From the NCBI GenBank assembly GCA_003971905.1, contig RSEE01000137.1, positions 62,001 through 126,000 of the forward strand: a DNA stretch of 64,000 nt. The letters are read 5' to 3'. This stretch comes from Moniliella sp. 'wahieum' (Eukaryota). The notes under the pieces were generated by a model. It worked only from the letters and a program-made list of their open reading frames with translations. It was not told where the DNA came from and made no database searches. The number at the start of each line of letters is the position of its first letter. Position 1 is the first letter of the stretch. This document shows, in pieces, positions 34,600-45,698 of the stretch. Position numbers and translations under genes: made by a program.

Positions 34600-36071
34600 T
34601 GTCATGGGCGGGCACCGACTGGGGGCTCGCTCTGGGGAGCGTATAAAGGGATGCAATCCCCTGGAGATCCTATAAGATCGACTCACGATAGTTACGCACT
34701 TGGGCTCATTGCTGGGTCCGAGTGGGGTTAGGGACAAGCATTGGCCTCTCGGCGTATATAGCAGAGGCGGTTGCTAGTGTGTCAAGGTTGTGTGGCACCG
34801 CCTTGGACGGTAGTAACTCGTGTCTGAATCCTTCAGGCTCAGGGACGGGCATTGGCAGCGGAAGACAAACACTGCCAGACAGGAGCTGTGATGGACTGGA
34901 ACTGAAGGCGGCAGGGGCGTGGCCGGAAGCGGGGCTCACACGCGGCTGAACGGAGCTGGACTTCGGAGTGGCACGAGGAGGGCACACGCGAACTGCCACT
35001 GGATTGTCTGTGACCGGGAGCTGGAGATGAGAACAGGTCGAGAAGCTGAGGAGCAAGAAGGAGGTGTCTGGCACACTGGTGTACTGGGCTGATCATTTGA
35101 CGAGGACATGAGAGGAAGACGCTGATGGACCATGGAGGGAAGCCACGCACCATTGCTTACGGACAGGGACTAATGGGGAAACAACGAATACAGTAGAGGA
35201 AGAACGGGGAACAGGAAGAACAGGGCGAACGGTTGTTGCGCAGGCGAGGCAACCTAGAAAAAGGTAAGATAAACGGGCACAGGGCGAATCTCGTCGCAAA
35301 GGAGAATACTGACAAGGGTGTCGCCGCGCGGTGGATACCGAGACTCACTTGGGCAATAGGCGACTACTATCGCGCGGATGCGTAGAACTGGTGCTTCCGC
35401 GGATGGACTGGCTCGCGTTTGTGTGTGTACGGTGGCGCAGGGGACCGACCACCCGTGGAAAAGGAAAAGGGCCTCTCGATGATCCAAAACGCGTGCAGTT
35501 GCCCAGCCTTTTGGGGGGTAGGTACCAATACACGCATTGTTATTGGCGGCACAACAGAGGCTTGCATTCCCATCCTTTTTTCGGGATCGTGCATGGGCAG
35601 CCTCTTGACAAAGGCAATTGAACGTCCAATCTGCGTGTCGCAAGACCCAATGCAAGTAGTACCTTTTTGCCTCTGTACTACAAATAGGCTGCGCAAACAA
35701 GAGTCGAGAGAGGAGACGGAATCGCTGCCGGAGTGATAGCCCACTGCTAATGTCGAAGGGGCCTGGGGGCAAGACCCAGCCGGAGGGGAGGGGGCGGTGA
35801 GGACAGAGTCCTTCAGATTCCGGCGAGCTCAGCCCGACAGGACGTTCTAAGGGAGAGGAAGGAGGCAACCCACTAAAGGCGGGTAGTTTTGTTCGAATCG
35901 AAGACCAAGCAAGCCAGGAGGAGGGCGGGGGGGTCGGAGAGAGCAGAGAGGAGAGCGAAAGCCACCGCGGCCAACACCATTATCCACCTCTGAAGAAGAC
36001 CGCCTGAGCCTTATATACTTCGGACTATCGATACCAGCGAAGAGAGAGATGCAAGAGGAACCATCAGATCA
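34600..36071 (-). mobile_element. Diverged LTR-like element, copy C (longer, with probable internal insertion)
   Basis: Starts TGTCATGGGCGGGCACCG, like copy B's TGTCGCGGGGGGCGCCG; shares GACAAACACTGCC and GCCTTAT.TA blocks; ends AACCATCAGATCAC versus copy B's AACCATCATCACA. Confidence 0.55.
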
Positions 36072-37792
36072 CGTGGGATATGTCGGTTGCGGGCTCTGGA
36101 GGAGGACAGAAGAGTGCGTAGCAGGAAAATAAGTGCAATAATGTCTGTGAGAGCCCAAGTGCAGTGGTCGTCTTTGCAGGTTTCGACTTGCCCGTCCGAT
36201 GGGGCGGGGGCATCGTGTCATATACAGGACTTTGTTCTTAGCCTCTTGCTTTGCTTGTCGTTCCATTCTCCTTGTGTCACATTGCACTTGCTATATACTT
36301 TCTTGGGTGGAGGCGAAAATCTGCATATTGACCGTGTTGTCGTCGAGACCGGCCGGTTTCTGCATGGTCTCAAGAATCGTGCAGTGTATACGCTTGAGTC
36401 GGCGCGCCGCTTGCCCTCTCCAAGTTCTCCCCCTTGCGCGTCCATCAAAAAGCGACAGGCGGCTGGGCCATTAGAGCCTCCGTTCTGTCGACAAGCCCTA
36501 CACCGTCTTGTTCGTGGAGCACAAACTATGCGTAGGGGTCTGCTGTAGCCAATGCGGAGAGAAAGGATATATAGGAGACACAGACTGGAGATGTCGAGGG
36601 TGCTGCGTGCCTGCTGTCACGGGTGTGAATAATAGAGAGGTAGGCAGTAATCAAGAGGGGTCTGATCAGGTTGTTATGATTCTACTTGGGCTTGGCGGAC
36701 GGGCAAAACAAGGCAACACCGTACGCCGATCGCAGCCAATCGTGGGCTACTGCACGTGGGCTGGGTTGTGGATGGATACGCGACGCACGGCACATCCTCC
36801 ATGGGGGGAATCAAGGCATGAGAGGTACGATGTGAGCGCCGTGCGCGTTGTGTTGTTCATATATGATTCCTTTGACGTGATCAGCCCAAACTGAACCAAC
36901 CCAAACGCAAGGCACTGCGTTGATGTACATCGCACCCACATCCATCCATCCATCCATCTTGACTCTGTACATTAACCACTCCGTGCGTGTCGTTGGACCC
37001 CACCTGCTCTTTCCGCGTCGCCAATTCGCAATCAGCGCTCAGCTCAGCAGACATTGAAGTGACATTGGCCAACACGCTATTATCTCTCGTGGGTCCCGTC
37101 CCAACCTATACAGATGGAACCAAGCGGCGGCGGCGTTCCACACGGCGACGTTGATGCATTGATTGCCTCACCTTCGCCGCTTACCGTCCCGCTCTCACCT
37201 ACGACGGCTGCTACTGGTCGTGGGAGGCGTGCTGGGGGGCGGGATGTGCGAGGCTAAAAAAGCAAGCAAGGCGGGCGGTGACTAGGTGACTGGGTCAGAA
37301 CCCCACGCCACCATCACACGCCATCACATGTCACACATGCTGTCACAGGGCGTGCTACTGAGTGAGTGTTCATCGGCAGGCGTGGCAGAGGCAGTGGCGC
37401 CGTGCGGCGTCTGCCGGGCGAGGCGAGGCGGGCAGGGGGGCAGTGAGAGGGGCAGGATGACTGCCCCCGTGGCTGCGATGGCCTGAGGGTGCGCCACACC
37501 GCCACGTCAGCGCTCAGCCGGAGCACCCCGTCAGCTCCAGCGGGTCTAGCCTGGCCGACTAGTATCCCAGTGCCGCCGGAGCCGTTGTTCCTCTCATCTC
37601 TCACCATCTCATCTCTCATCTCATCTCTCATCGCACATACAGAATCGATTTCCACAGCATCCGAAGCATCGGCAGCATGCGCAGCACGCGCAGTGGGCGC
37701 CGCAGCATAGCATCCCCAACCGGCCACGCGAGAAGAATCCACGAGCAGAAGCCAGGGGACGTTAAGGCTACACTGGCGTGTGCTGCAGACGC

Positions 37793-38677
37793 TTAGAAGC
37801 AAAACACCTGGTCTGGCATCTTGGAGATGACTTTGGCCTTGGCAAAGCCCAGTTGTTCCAGGTGGAGCTTCATTGCGTCCAGCATCCCCGGCGGCCTGTC
37901 CACGCACACATGCACACACAGACCCAAAGGAGAAAGCAAAACAAAGCAGAGCAAAGCAATCGGTTAGGTCAGCCGCCACCTCCTGCGCCATCCAGCAGGC
38001 GAGAAAGAGAGAGAGAGACGTACCACACAACAAGACCTTGGTGTCGTCGTGTGCTGGCGGGAGGTAGTGCGCAATGGCATCTTTTGTCACTACGCCCTCA
38101 TGGCCCGACCATGCGGCGGGCGGGGTATTGAGGAAGTAAACGAGGCGGAACTGGTCTGGGTGAGCGGCATGCAAGGCGTCCAGTTCGTCGCGCAGTAAGA
38201 TATCTTGTTCGGTGACGTTGGCGTACAAGAGCGTGATGGGAGTCGAGTCTTGCGGATCTTGCAGCGCAGCACGGAGGATTTGCAAGCACGGTGTGATACC
38301 TGTTCCACCTTGCGATCATGCCGATTTGGCGCGCGTACTGGCGGTGGTACTGCATCTGACCCTTGGGACCGCGGAAGGCCAAGGGCGCACCGAGCGGCAG
38401 CTGACCAATGTACTTGGACACCCTGCCTGTCGGGTAAGCCTTGACGAGCAACTCCACCACGCCCGTCTGTTCGTCAGAGGAGATAGGGGTGTAGGAGCGC
38501 ATGACCATCCGGCCCTCGACGGGCGCTTGAACAGAAACGTGTTGTCCGATCGGCAGGCCCAGCACCGCCGTCGGCGACGGCAGCGCGAAGCGGTAAATCG
38601 CCGTGTTGGGCGCAACGGGCTGCTTGGCAACCAGCGTCAGCTCGCGCCATTCGCGCGCTCCAAACCGGGGAGGACAT
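37793..38677 (-). CDS. CBR1: NADH-cytochrome b5 reductase
   Basis: NTAIYRFALP...LGLPIGQHVSV...RSYTPISSD...LLVKAYPTGRVS...FRGPKG...IGMIAGG (frameshifted TGITP)...ITLLYANVTEQDILLRDELD...KVLLCG, intron about 37896-38023, PPGM...DQVFCF*. The start is uncertain. Confidence 0.92.
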
Positions 38678-39584
38678 GGTGGGGGCAGAGACGGGGGCGG
38701 AGGCGGGGGCGTCAACGACGGAGGAAGGAGGGTGTGGGTGGGGGGTGGCTGGGTGCTCGGGGGGCGCGATACCAGGCCGTTCCTGGCGTCGAAGCTGCAA
38801 GGGCAAGAGGTGGAGGTGGCAACGTAGCCTTAGCCAGAAGCTTCGATGTGAGCGAGGCTACCTCAGCGGTACACGGCATCGGGCGAGGTCACATGGTCAC
38901 AGGTCACGTGGCTCTCGTCTGCCTCGGTTGCCCCCGAGGGCGGCTACCGAATAGGAAGGAGTACTGGGACTGAGTAACTGACCACTGACCGGTGACCACG
39001 CCGCGTCAGCCAGCCACCCGCCAGCCACGCCGTGCCGATCTGGGAGATGAAAGCTCCGATTTCCAACACCAGTGCTAAGCTTGTACCTTGACGCTGGAAG
39101 CTCGACAACGAGGAAAACTATGCCGGTGCTTGAGCACCATTGTAACCAACAGAGATGGTCTATGCATCATGCTTGGTTTGATCAGAATCTTAGTCAACTT
39201 GATTCCTGTTTATACCCATTGCACTGTGGAGAAGGGGAGCGAGCTAGGGAGGGAGCAGAGACAGCATATGGGCCGGTACGATATAAAGAGGGAGACAAGG
39301 GGACGGAGGGATAGAAGATGGAAAGAAGGATGTATATGATTAGCAAAAGAGAGAGGAAGTTGCCTCGTCGAGCATCCAACAGGAACCAAGGAGGGGAGGG
39401 GCGAGGCCCAAGCGAAAGCTAGTAGCTAGTAGCTAGTAGCTAGTAGCTCGCAGTAGTATTAGCAGTGTGCGCAACCATGGATGTAGTCGGTGAAGGTTGC
39501 TCTGCGGGAGCTAGAGTAGGTTGCTCGTGCTAGTAGGCGCCTAATAGGATAATGGGCACAGAGGGAGGACCAAAAAGAGTAAGT

Positions 39585-41258
39585 TTACTGCTGCAGGGCG
39601 ACCTTGAACGGTGCGCCAATCTTGGCCTTGACATCTTCGAGTGTAGCGCCGTCCATGAGCTCGATGAGGGTCAGGCCGCCCTCGGGGGAGGATCGATCGA
39701 CATCAAACACGGCCAAGTCGGTGATGATGCGGGAAACGACCTGTGCACCCGTGAGGGGCAGCTGGCAGTTCTGGACGATCTTGGGGTTACCATGTTTATC
39801 GACGTGTTCAGTGAGGACGATGACGCGAGTAGAGTCAGGGGACGAAACGAGGTCCATGGCGCCACCCATGCCCATGACAACAGCGCCTGGGATCATGTAA
39901 TTGGCCAAATCGCCATTGGCGCCCACTTGGAACGCGCCTAGCATCGTCACGTCCATCCGTCCACCGCGGATCATGCCAAAGGATTCGGACGAGTCAAAGA
40001 ACGCGCCACCAGGCAGGACCGAGGTCGTCTCGTCGCCCGAGTTGATCATGTCGCCATTGACCATGGGCAAGGTAGGTGGACCGCCGAGGCCAGTGATGCC
40101 ATTCTCCGATTGGAGCGTGATGTTGATGCCTTCCGGGACATAGCCTGCGGCATGGTTGGGCAAGCCAATGCCCAAGTTGACCACGTCGCCGTTACGGAAC
40201 TCTTTAGCTGCGCGCATGGCGATTTTTTCGCGCGACTGTTGTTTGGCCGACAGGGCAGGCGGGTTGTCGCACGCGACGACAACGTGGGCAATCTTCTTGG
40301 GTTCGGTGGCCTTGACGACCGATTTGACATAGACTGCTTGGAGGTCAATCTCGTTGGGGTCCAACGCGCCAATCGGGACGATTTCCTCAGCTTCGATAAT
40401 GGTGTTTGGCGTTCTTGGCAAAGGAGGTGTTAAAGTTACTTGCGGTCATGCGGAAGACGGCGTTACCTGCCTCGTCTGCTCGCCACGCATGGATCAATGC
40501 GACATCGGCGTAAATTGCTTCTTCCAAAATATAATCTTTGCCACGGAACCTACGTTCTTCCTTGGGCTCCGATACTTTGACTGCTTCCCCCTTCTTGTCT
40601 TGCGAGTAGCGAACGACCATCCCGCCACGCTGGACCAGCGTGTTGTGCCCTGCCGCAGTGTAAAATGCTGGAATGCCAAACGCTCCAGCGCGCATGCGCT
40701 CCGCCAAGCTGCCTTGCGGCGTCAGGTGCAAGTCCAACTCGCCGTCCTTGTTGTACATTTGCACGGCCAACTTGTTCAGGCCAACGTGGCTGGCTGGTCA
40801 ACAGGACGCCACCTTGCCGCTCGAAAGAGTTCGTCTGTTCAACGTTCACCGTTCGCCCACCCAGCATCATGTCAGCAACTGAGTCCATCAACGTTCACTT
40901 AGGCTACCCAACCAGGGTTAGGGCTGGGGGGGGACATACCAATACCCTGACCGTTGACCGAGACACTCTGGTTGACCAGATGCAAGTCCTTAATATCGTC
41001 GCGCTTAGCCAGAGCGGTCAACAAGGTAGCCGGAACGCCGCAGGAGCAGAAGCCGCCGATGGCCAAAGTGATGCCGCTCTTGAGTTCCGGTGCGGCAGCC
41101 AACGCTTCCGGGGCCGAGTTGAGCACTTGCTCACTTTGTTCAGTACTGACGGGGAGGTGCAGGCTGAGCATGCGAACGCGAAGGAGCGAGGCGACGTGCG
41201 GCGGGACCGAGCGCGCACGCATGGTCGGTGCGCCGCTCCGAAGTAGAGGGAAGAGCAT
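39585..41258 (-). CDS. Succinyl-CoA:3-oxoacid CoA-transferase (SCOT-type, family I), mitochondrial
   Basis: Mitochondrial-type leader; GGFCSCGVP; PQGSLAERMRAGAFGIPAFYT; ILEEAIYADVALIHAWRADEAGN; NLGIGLP; catalytic QSENG; MIRGGRMDVTMLGAFQV; GMGGAMDLV; IITDLAVFDV. Intron(s) at about 40800-40940. Confidence 0.93.
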
Positions 41259-42986
41259 GGTGGGCGCAGCACTCAGGCAGTGGGAGAAGGTGGTGGTGAG
41301 GGGGGGGGGGGGGGGGGGGGAGCAACAACGTAACCCACGACAGGCGCGAAGGGGACGGGACTATATATATACTGATGCCAGGGACACTTTGTGCGTGGTG
41401 TGTGTGTGTGAGTGCGCCCCTTCGCCTCAAGATCTGCGCCTGCTACTTCGTCCTCAGTCCTCGACCAGGCCCGCGTCCGACCAAGCCAAGCCCATGCGCC
41501 ATGGCCTGCCCCAAACCGACACCGCTTCAGGCCGTGGCGCCTGGCTTGAAGCTGCAAGCTGGAAGCTTCAATTGAAGCTGCACCACACGGGGCGCTGCGT
41601 CATAGGCGCGTCGCACGTGTCGGGCGTCACGCGGGCGGCGTCCGACCTGAGGCTCAGGCCGTGTAGCGTCTGGCCTCAGGCCTCAGGCCTCACGCGTCAG
41701 GTTCACCAGCGGGCACAGCTTGCACTGGGAGGGTGCGGGCTGGGATTGAGACACAAAAAACATGAACAACATGGAAAACATGGCGACGCGCCCGTGTGCG
41801 GATCTGGATCTGAGTCTGAGGCCTGAGGTCGATCGGAGGTAGGCAGGTCTGAGGCTGCGCTGCACTTCGAGCTTCACGTTGTGCGTTGTGGCCTGTCTCC
41901 GTCACACGCGTCACTAATCACTCTGCGACGCGCTAAGCGCTAAGGTGTTAATAGGCGCTAGGCAAGCTTCAAGTGACAGTCACTAGTCACTAGTCACAAG
42001 TCACGCTCCACACACGCTCCCGTGTCGCGCTCGGGGCTCGGTGGTCTGCCTTCTCCCACTCCCATCCACGGGCCATGAGTATATGAGCACGGGGGAGTGA
42101 ATAGTGAGTACTGTAAGGCCAATTGAAACCAGCCATGCAAATCAATCAAATCATCTTCATCACCAGTACAGTAGTTCAACACACGTTCCGACCAACCAAT
42201 CAAAAGGCCCGCGTCGGTTGTCACATGTCCCACACACACGGGCTCTCGATATCTCAATAGCTTTTGACCCCGTCAGCTAGCGAATGAACATTGGAATCCC
42301 CCGATCCCACGTCCTCACAGACTCCTCATTGCCACTACTCACTCACTCACTCACTCGTCTCCTGTTGGGCGTGGTGCGCATGTGCGTCCCGTTGGGGGTC
42401 CTCTGTCGCACACGCCACGCCCCCCGCCTCCCAACGGGCCCCACTCGACGTTCCACGGTCCACCCGCTTGGAGGTGCATGGGTCCATGGGTACGTGAGCG
42501 TGAACGTGAAGGTGAACGTGAGAGACGCGAAACGCGTTGCCCGTCGCGTCGCGTGTCGGTGCGGCTGGGATGGCGGAGCGGGGCGATGGAAGTGAAGAGT
42601 GCTAGTGAAGAGTGAATGTGAATACGGAGGATTGGATGGAGTTGGCAAGCGGCAGGACCGAGGGTACATGCTTTACCTGGTACAGGCCATACAAGGGGTT
42701 GACGGTCTTGAAGCTTCAAGCGCTGTGGCAGGCTGGGCAGGCGGCAGTTTGATTAGAGTTGGTTGTATTTGAGTTGGTTGCAACAGGGTTAGACCGTAGA
42801 TCGTAGATGGTGCTAGGGTTGGGCCTTGGGCGTCGCTTGGGCATGGCCACTGCGGGGTTAACAATAACCACACGCGCGGTAGGGTTGGCCCTCCATTAAC
42901 TAAGCCCGGGCAGAGTCTTACGTACTCAGGGTCGACTTACAGGGTACCCTCCATGGCATCCATTCAGGAGGATGGACCCATCAGGT

Positions 42987-43079
42987 GGGTTCGTGGTGTA
43001 GTGGTATCATGCTCTTTAGGGTTGCAGTTGCAATTGCCTGGTGTAGAGGTGGTCCTCGGTTCGATCCCGGGCGGACCCC
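42987..43079 (+). tRNA. tRNA-Pro(AGG) with a 22-nt intron at 37/38
   Basis: Acceptor GGGTTCG/CGGACCC, A-box TGGTGTAGTGG, anticodon AGG at 43018-43020, intron 43022-43043, T-arm CTCGG-TTCGATC-CCGGG, followed by a T6 Pol III terminator. Confidence 0.88.
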
Positions 43080-43365
43080 TTTTTTGGGTAAGGGCGGCAA
43101 GATGGGGCACCCTGCCAGAGGAGGCACTGCCAGCGAAGCTTGAGTGTAAGCTCCTCACGCTATTCCAACCTTCAATGCAACAGGGAGAAGAGGAAGGAGG
43201 GGAACGCGGGCGCGACGGTAACCAATCCGGAGCGCGCGAGTCGCGGAACTCTATAGCCAGTTCCGCTTGCCAGCGACATGGCCGATCCAGCCATCACACC
43301 ACGTGGTGCCACATGCAACCACACTCCAACAGCTGCTGCCTCCTTTCCCCCACTTTTGGCTTCAA

Positions 43366-43938
43366 TTGCCCCTGCCTGACTCCTACCCGGCTTCTGCCAT
43401 CTCGACTCGTCACCTACCTCGCTGCTTCCCTCTGCCCTCGCCTTGATCCCCGGTACTTCTCTCTGCCACAAACCGTACTTTCGCCAGTCCGATTGCTCGG
43501 CCAACACAACAAGACCATCTTTTCACACTACAATATGCCGAGAGAGCACCGAACTGCGTTCCTCATCTGTTTCGCTGTTTCCGGTATTGCCTATGGTTGT
43601 GGTTGGATACCCAACCCAGTCTCAAGACTCATTGGTGTTGAAGACGCGTATGCAAGAAGGAACTCTCAGAAGACGCCAACGAGCTCAAGCAAGCTCATCA
43701 GTCTTGAAGCTTGAAGCTTTTGACGCGTCTTTTAACATCTCCAGTGACATGTGACAAGAACTACTTTCCTTACCAAGTAGGGTTTGCCCCCTGACTCCTA
43801 CCCGGCTTCGTGCCATCTCGACTCCTCACCTAACTCGCTGCTTCCCTCTCTGCCCCTCGCCTTGAAGCTTGATCCCCGGTGCTTCTCTGCCACAGACCGT
43901 AGTTTGTCGCCAATCCGATTGCTCGGCCAACGCAACAA
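43366..43938 (+). repeat. Imperfect ~150-bp direct repeats (43366-43512 and 43784-43938) flanking a 59-aa ORF (43535-43714); TRIM-like
   Basis: Both copies run TGCCCC..CTGACTCCTACCCGGCTTC...CCGATTGCTCGGCCAAC.CAACA with small indels. The internal ORF MPREHRTAFLICFAVSGIAYGCGWIP has one hydrophobic segment. Confidence 0.75.
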
Positions 43939-44634
43939 TCCAGCGCCTATTCGGAGGATTCGCCGGTGAGGTCATCGATTCATCCCTGAGCCTGCGGGCC
44001 TACTGCCTAATGCCCCGCGGTACGCGGATGGATAGATTGGGTGCCAACCAGAAAAAAACGGTTAAGGGTCTGATTCTCAGGTCGCAGGGCCTCAGGGCCT
44101 CAGGGCCGGCCTTTGGGCTGGCCCCAGCAGGCGCCCGGCAGCCCCAGGACGGGATGGGCGCGTGGGCGTGTACTCCCACCGCCTGGTCTGCGGGGACTAG
44201 GTCAATACCACTCTTCCGTGCGCGCGTTTCTCGAACTGTGCGGCGGCTCCCACGGGAGCAGTGTGGATTCGGACTGATACTGAACCCGTCGGTACTAGGC
44301 ATCACATGTCACAATGTCACAGCGCGAGAGGCAGGCATCGAGCTAGTCACTGGTTATCACTAGACTAGATCACTCGCCCTCAACACTTTTGTGTCGACCG
44401 GACCTGGCCTGTGTGTGTTTTTTTCTTCTTTTTGGGCCGGCTTGTGCGAATCGTTTCAGATGATGCATGCCACAGTGCCACCCCTCTTTCTCTCGTCTCT
44501 TTCCGTGTGTTCGTCGTCTGCATCGACCCAACCTCGACGCTGTCTGGCCCCTGTTTTGCCTGTTGCCTCCTTCCATCTCCTCCTCCGCTCTCCCTCTCCC
44601 TCTCCCACCACCTCCACCCCACCTCGTTGTCACC

Positions 44635-45698
44635 ATGTCCATCCCCACCATGGCCGACGCCTCTGCCCGCCCAACCCGGAATCATGGCGTGTTCCCCGCC
44701 TGGTCCCAGAGCCCCAACATGGTCCTCGTCGCATCGAAGGCCACATCAATCCCACCACGACTTGCGTGCTGTGGTACGTTGCATTCTCCCCTGTCCGCTC
44801 GCTCTCGCTTGCCGTTTCCCCCTTCCCCGCTTCTTGTGCCCACGTGCCAGTGGTGAAGTTTGGCGCTAACCTTATCCCGGATCCCTCATCTCCATTTTGC
44901 TTTGCTGCGCTTTGCTCTTCTGTACTTCGTTTCCTCCTTACCCTCTTCCCATGTGGGTCGTAGAACGCGCGTGACGGGGAAGATTCTGTTCCGGTTCAAA
45001 AAGTCCGAGACGCGGGAAGAAGGTACGCTTTCGTTGAAGCGGGTCACGTTTGTGGTGCAAGACCGGGAGGGGAAAGAACTGTTGCATGTGATCCAATCGG
45101 CCGCGGCGTTATTTGGTACCGAAGGCGGATGGAAGATCACGAATGCGGAAACGGGTGAGGTGGTGTGCAAGTTGCAACATCATTTGTTGAGTTTGGATGT
45201 GCTCAAGCCGCGTCGCGCGATTTATGCCACGTTTGCCAATACTGCTGCCGGAGAGGCCGGTGTGGGAAAGCAGGCAAGGCACCGAGCAAGACGGTACAGT
45301 TGCACCCGGTCAATGGGGTGGGCGAATGGGACATTAAACAAGACGACAAACATACCCTGCTTCAAATTGTTGAACCTTTGGCGGCTAATAACGTCCATGC
45401 TACCGTTCCCAGTATGTTCTTGTTCTTCATCTCTCTCTCTCTCTCCCTCTTTTTCTCTCTCTTTGGCCCTCTTCTTTTGCTCTCTCCCTCTTTGGCTCTT
45501 TGGCTCTCTGCTCTGTCTCTCTCTCTGCAGCCGCACTAACTGACCGCACCGTACCCCACTCCAGTCCCGCCCTACGCCGACGTGCTACTGTTCACCACAC
45601 TCGGCTTGATCGCACGGCAAGAAGATGTGCACAGCCTACAATCCCCTCGCGGCGTCATCATGGACAACTATGCCGCCGGCAGTTCCATGAACAAGTAA
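44635..45698 (+). CDS. LURP-one / Tubby-C2-like (scramblase-fold) protein
   Basis: Three exons (introns about 44774-44963 and 45412-45564). TGKILFRF...TFVVQDREGKELLHV...ETGEVVCKL...IYATFANTA, and C-terminal IPPYADVLLFTTLGLI, resembling the Y.V.V.PG.D..L end of LOR domains. Confidence 0.6.
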
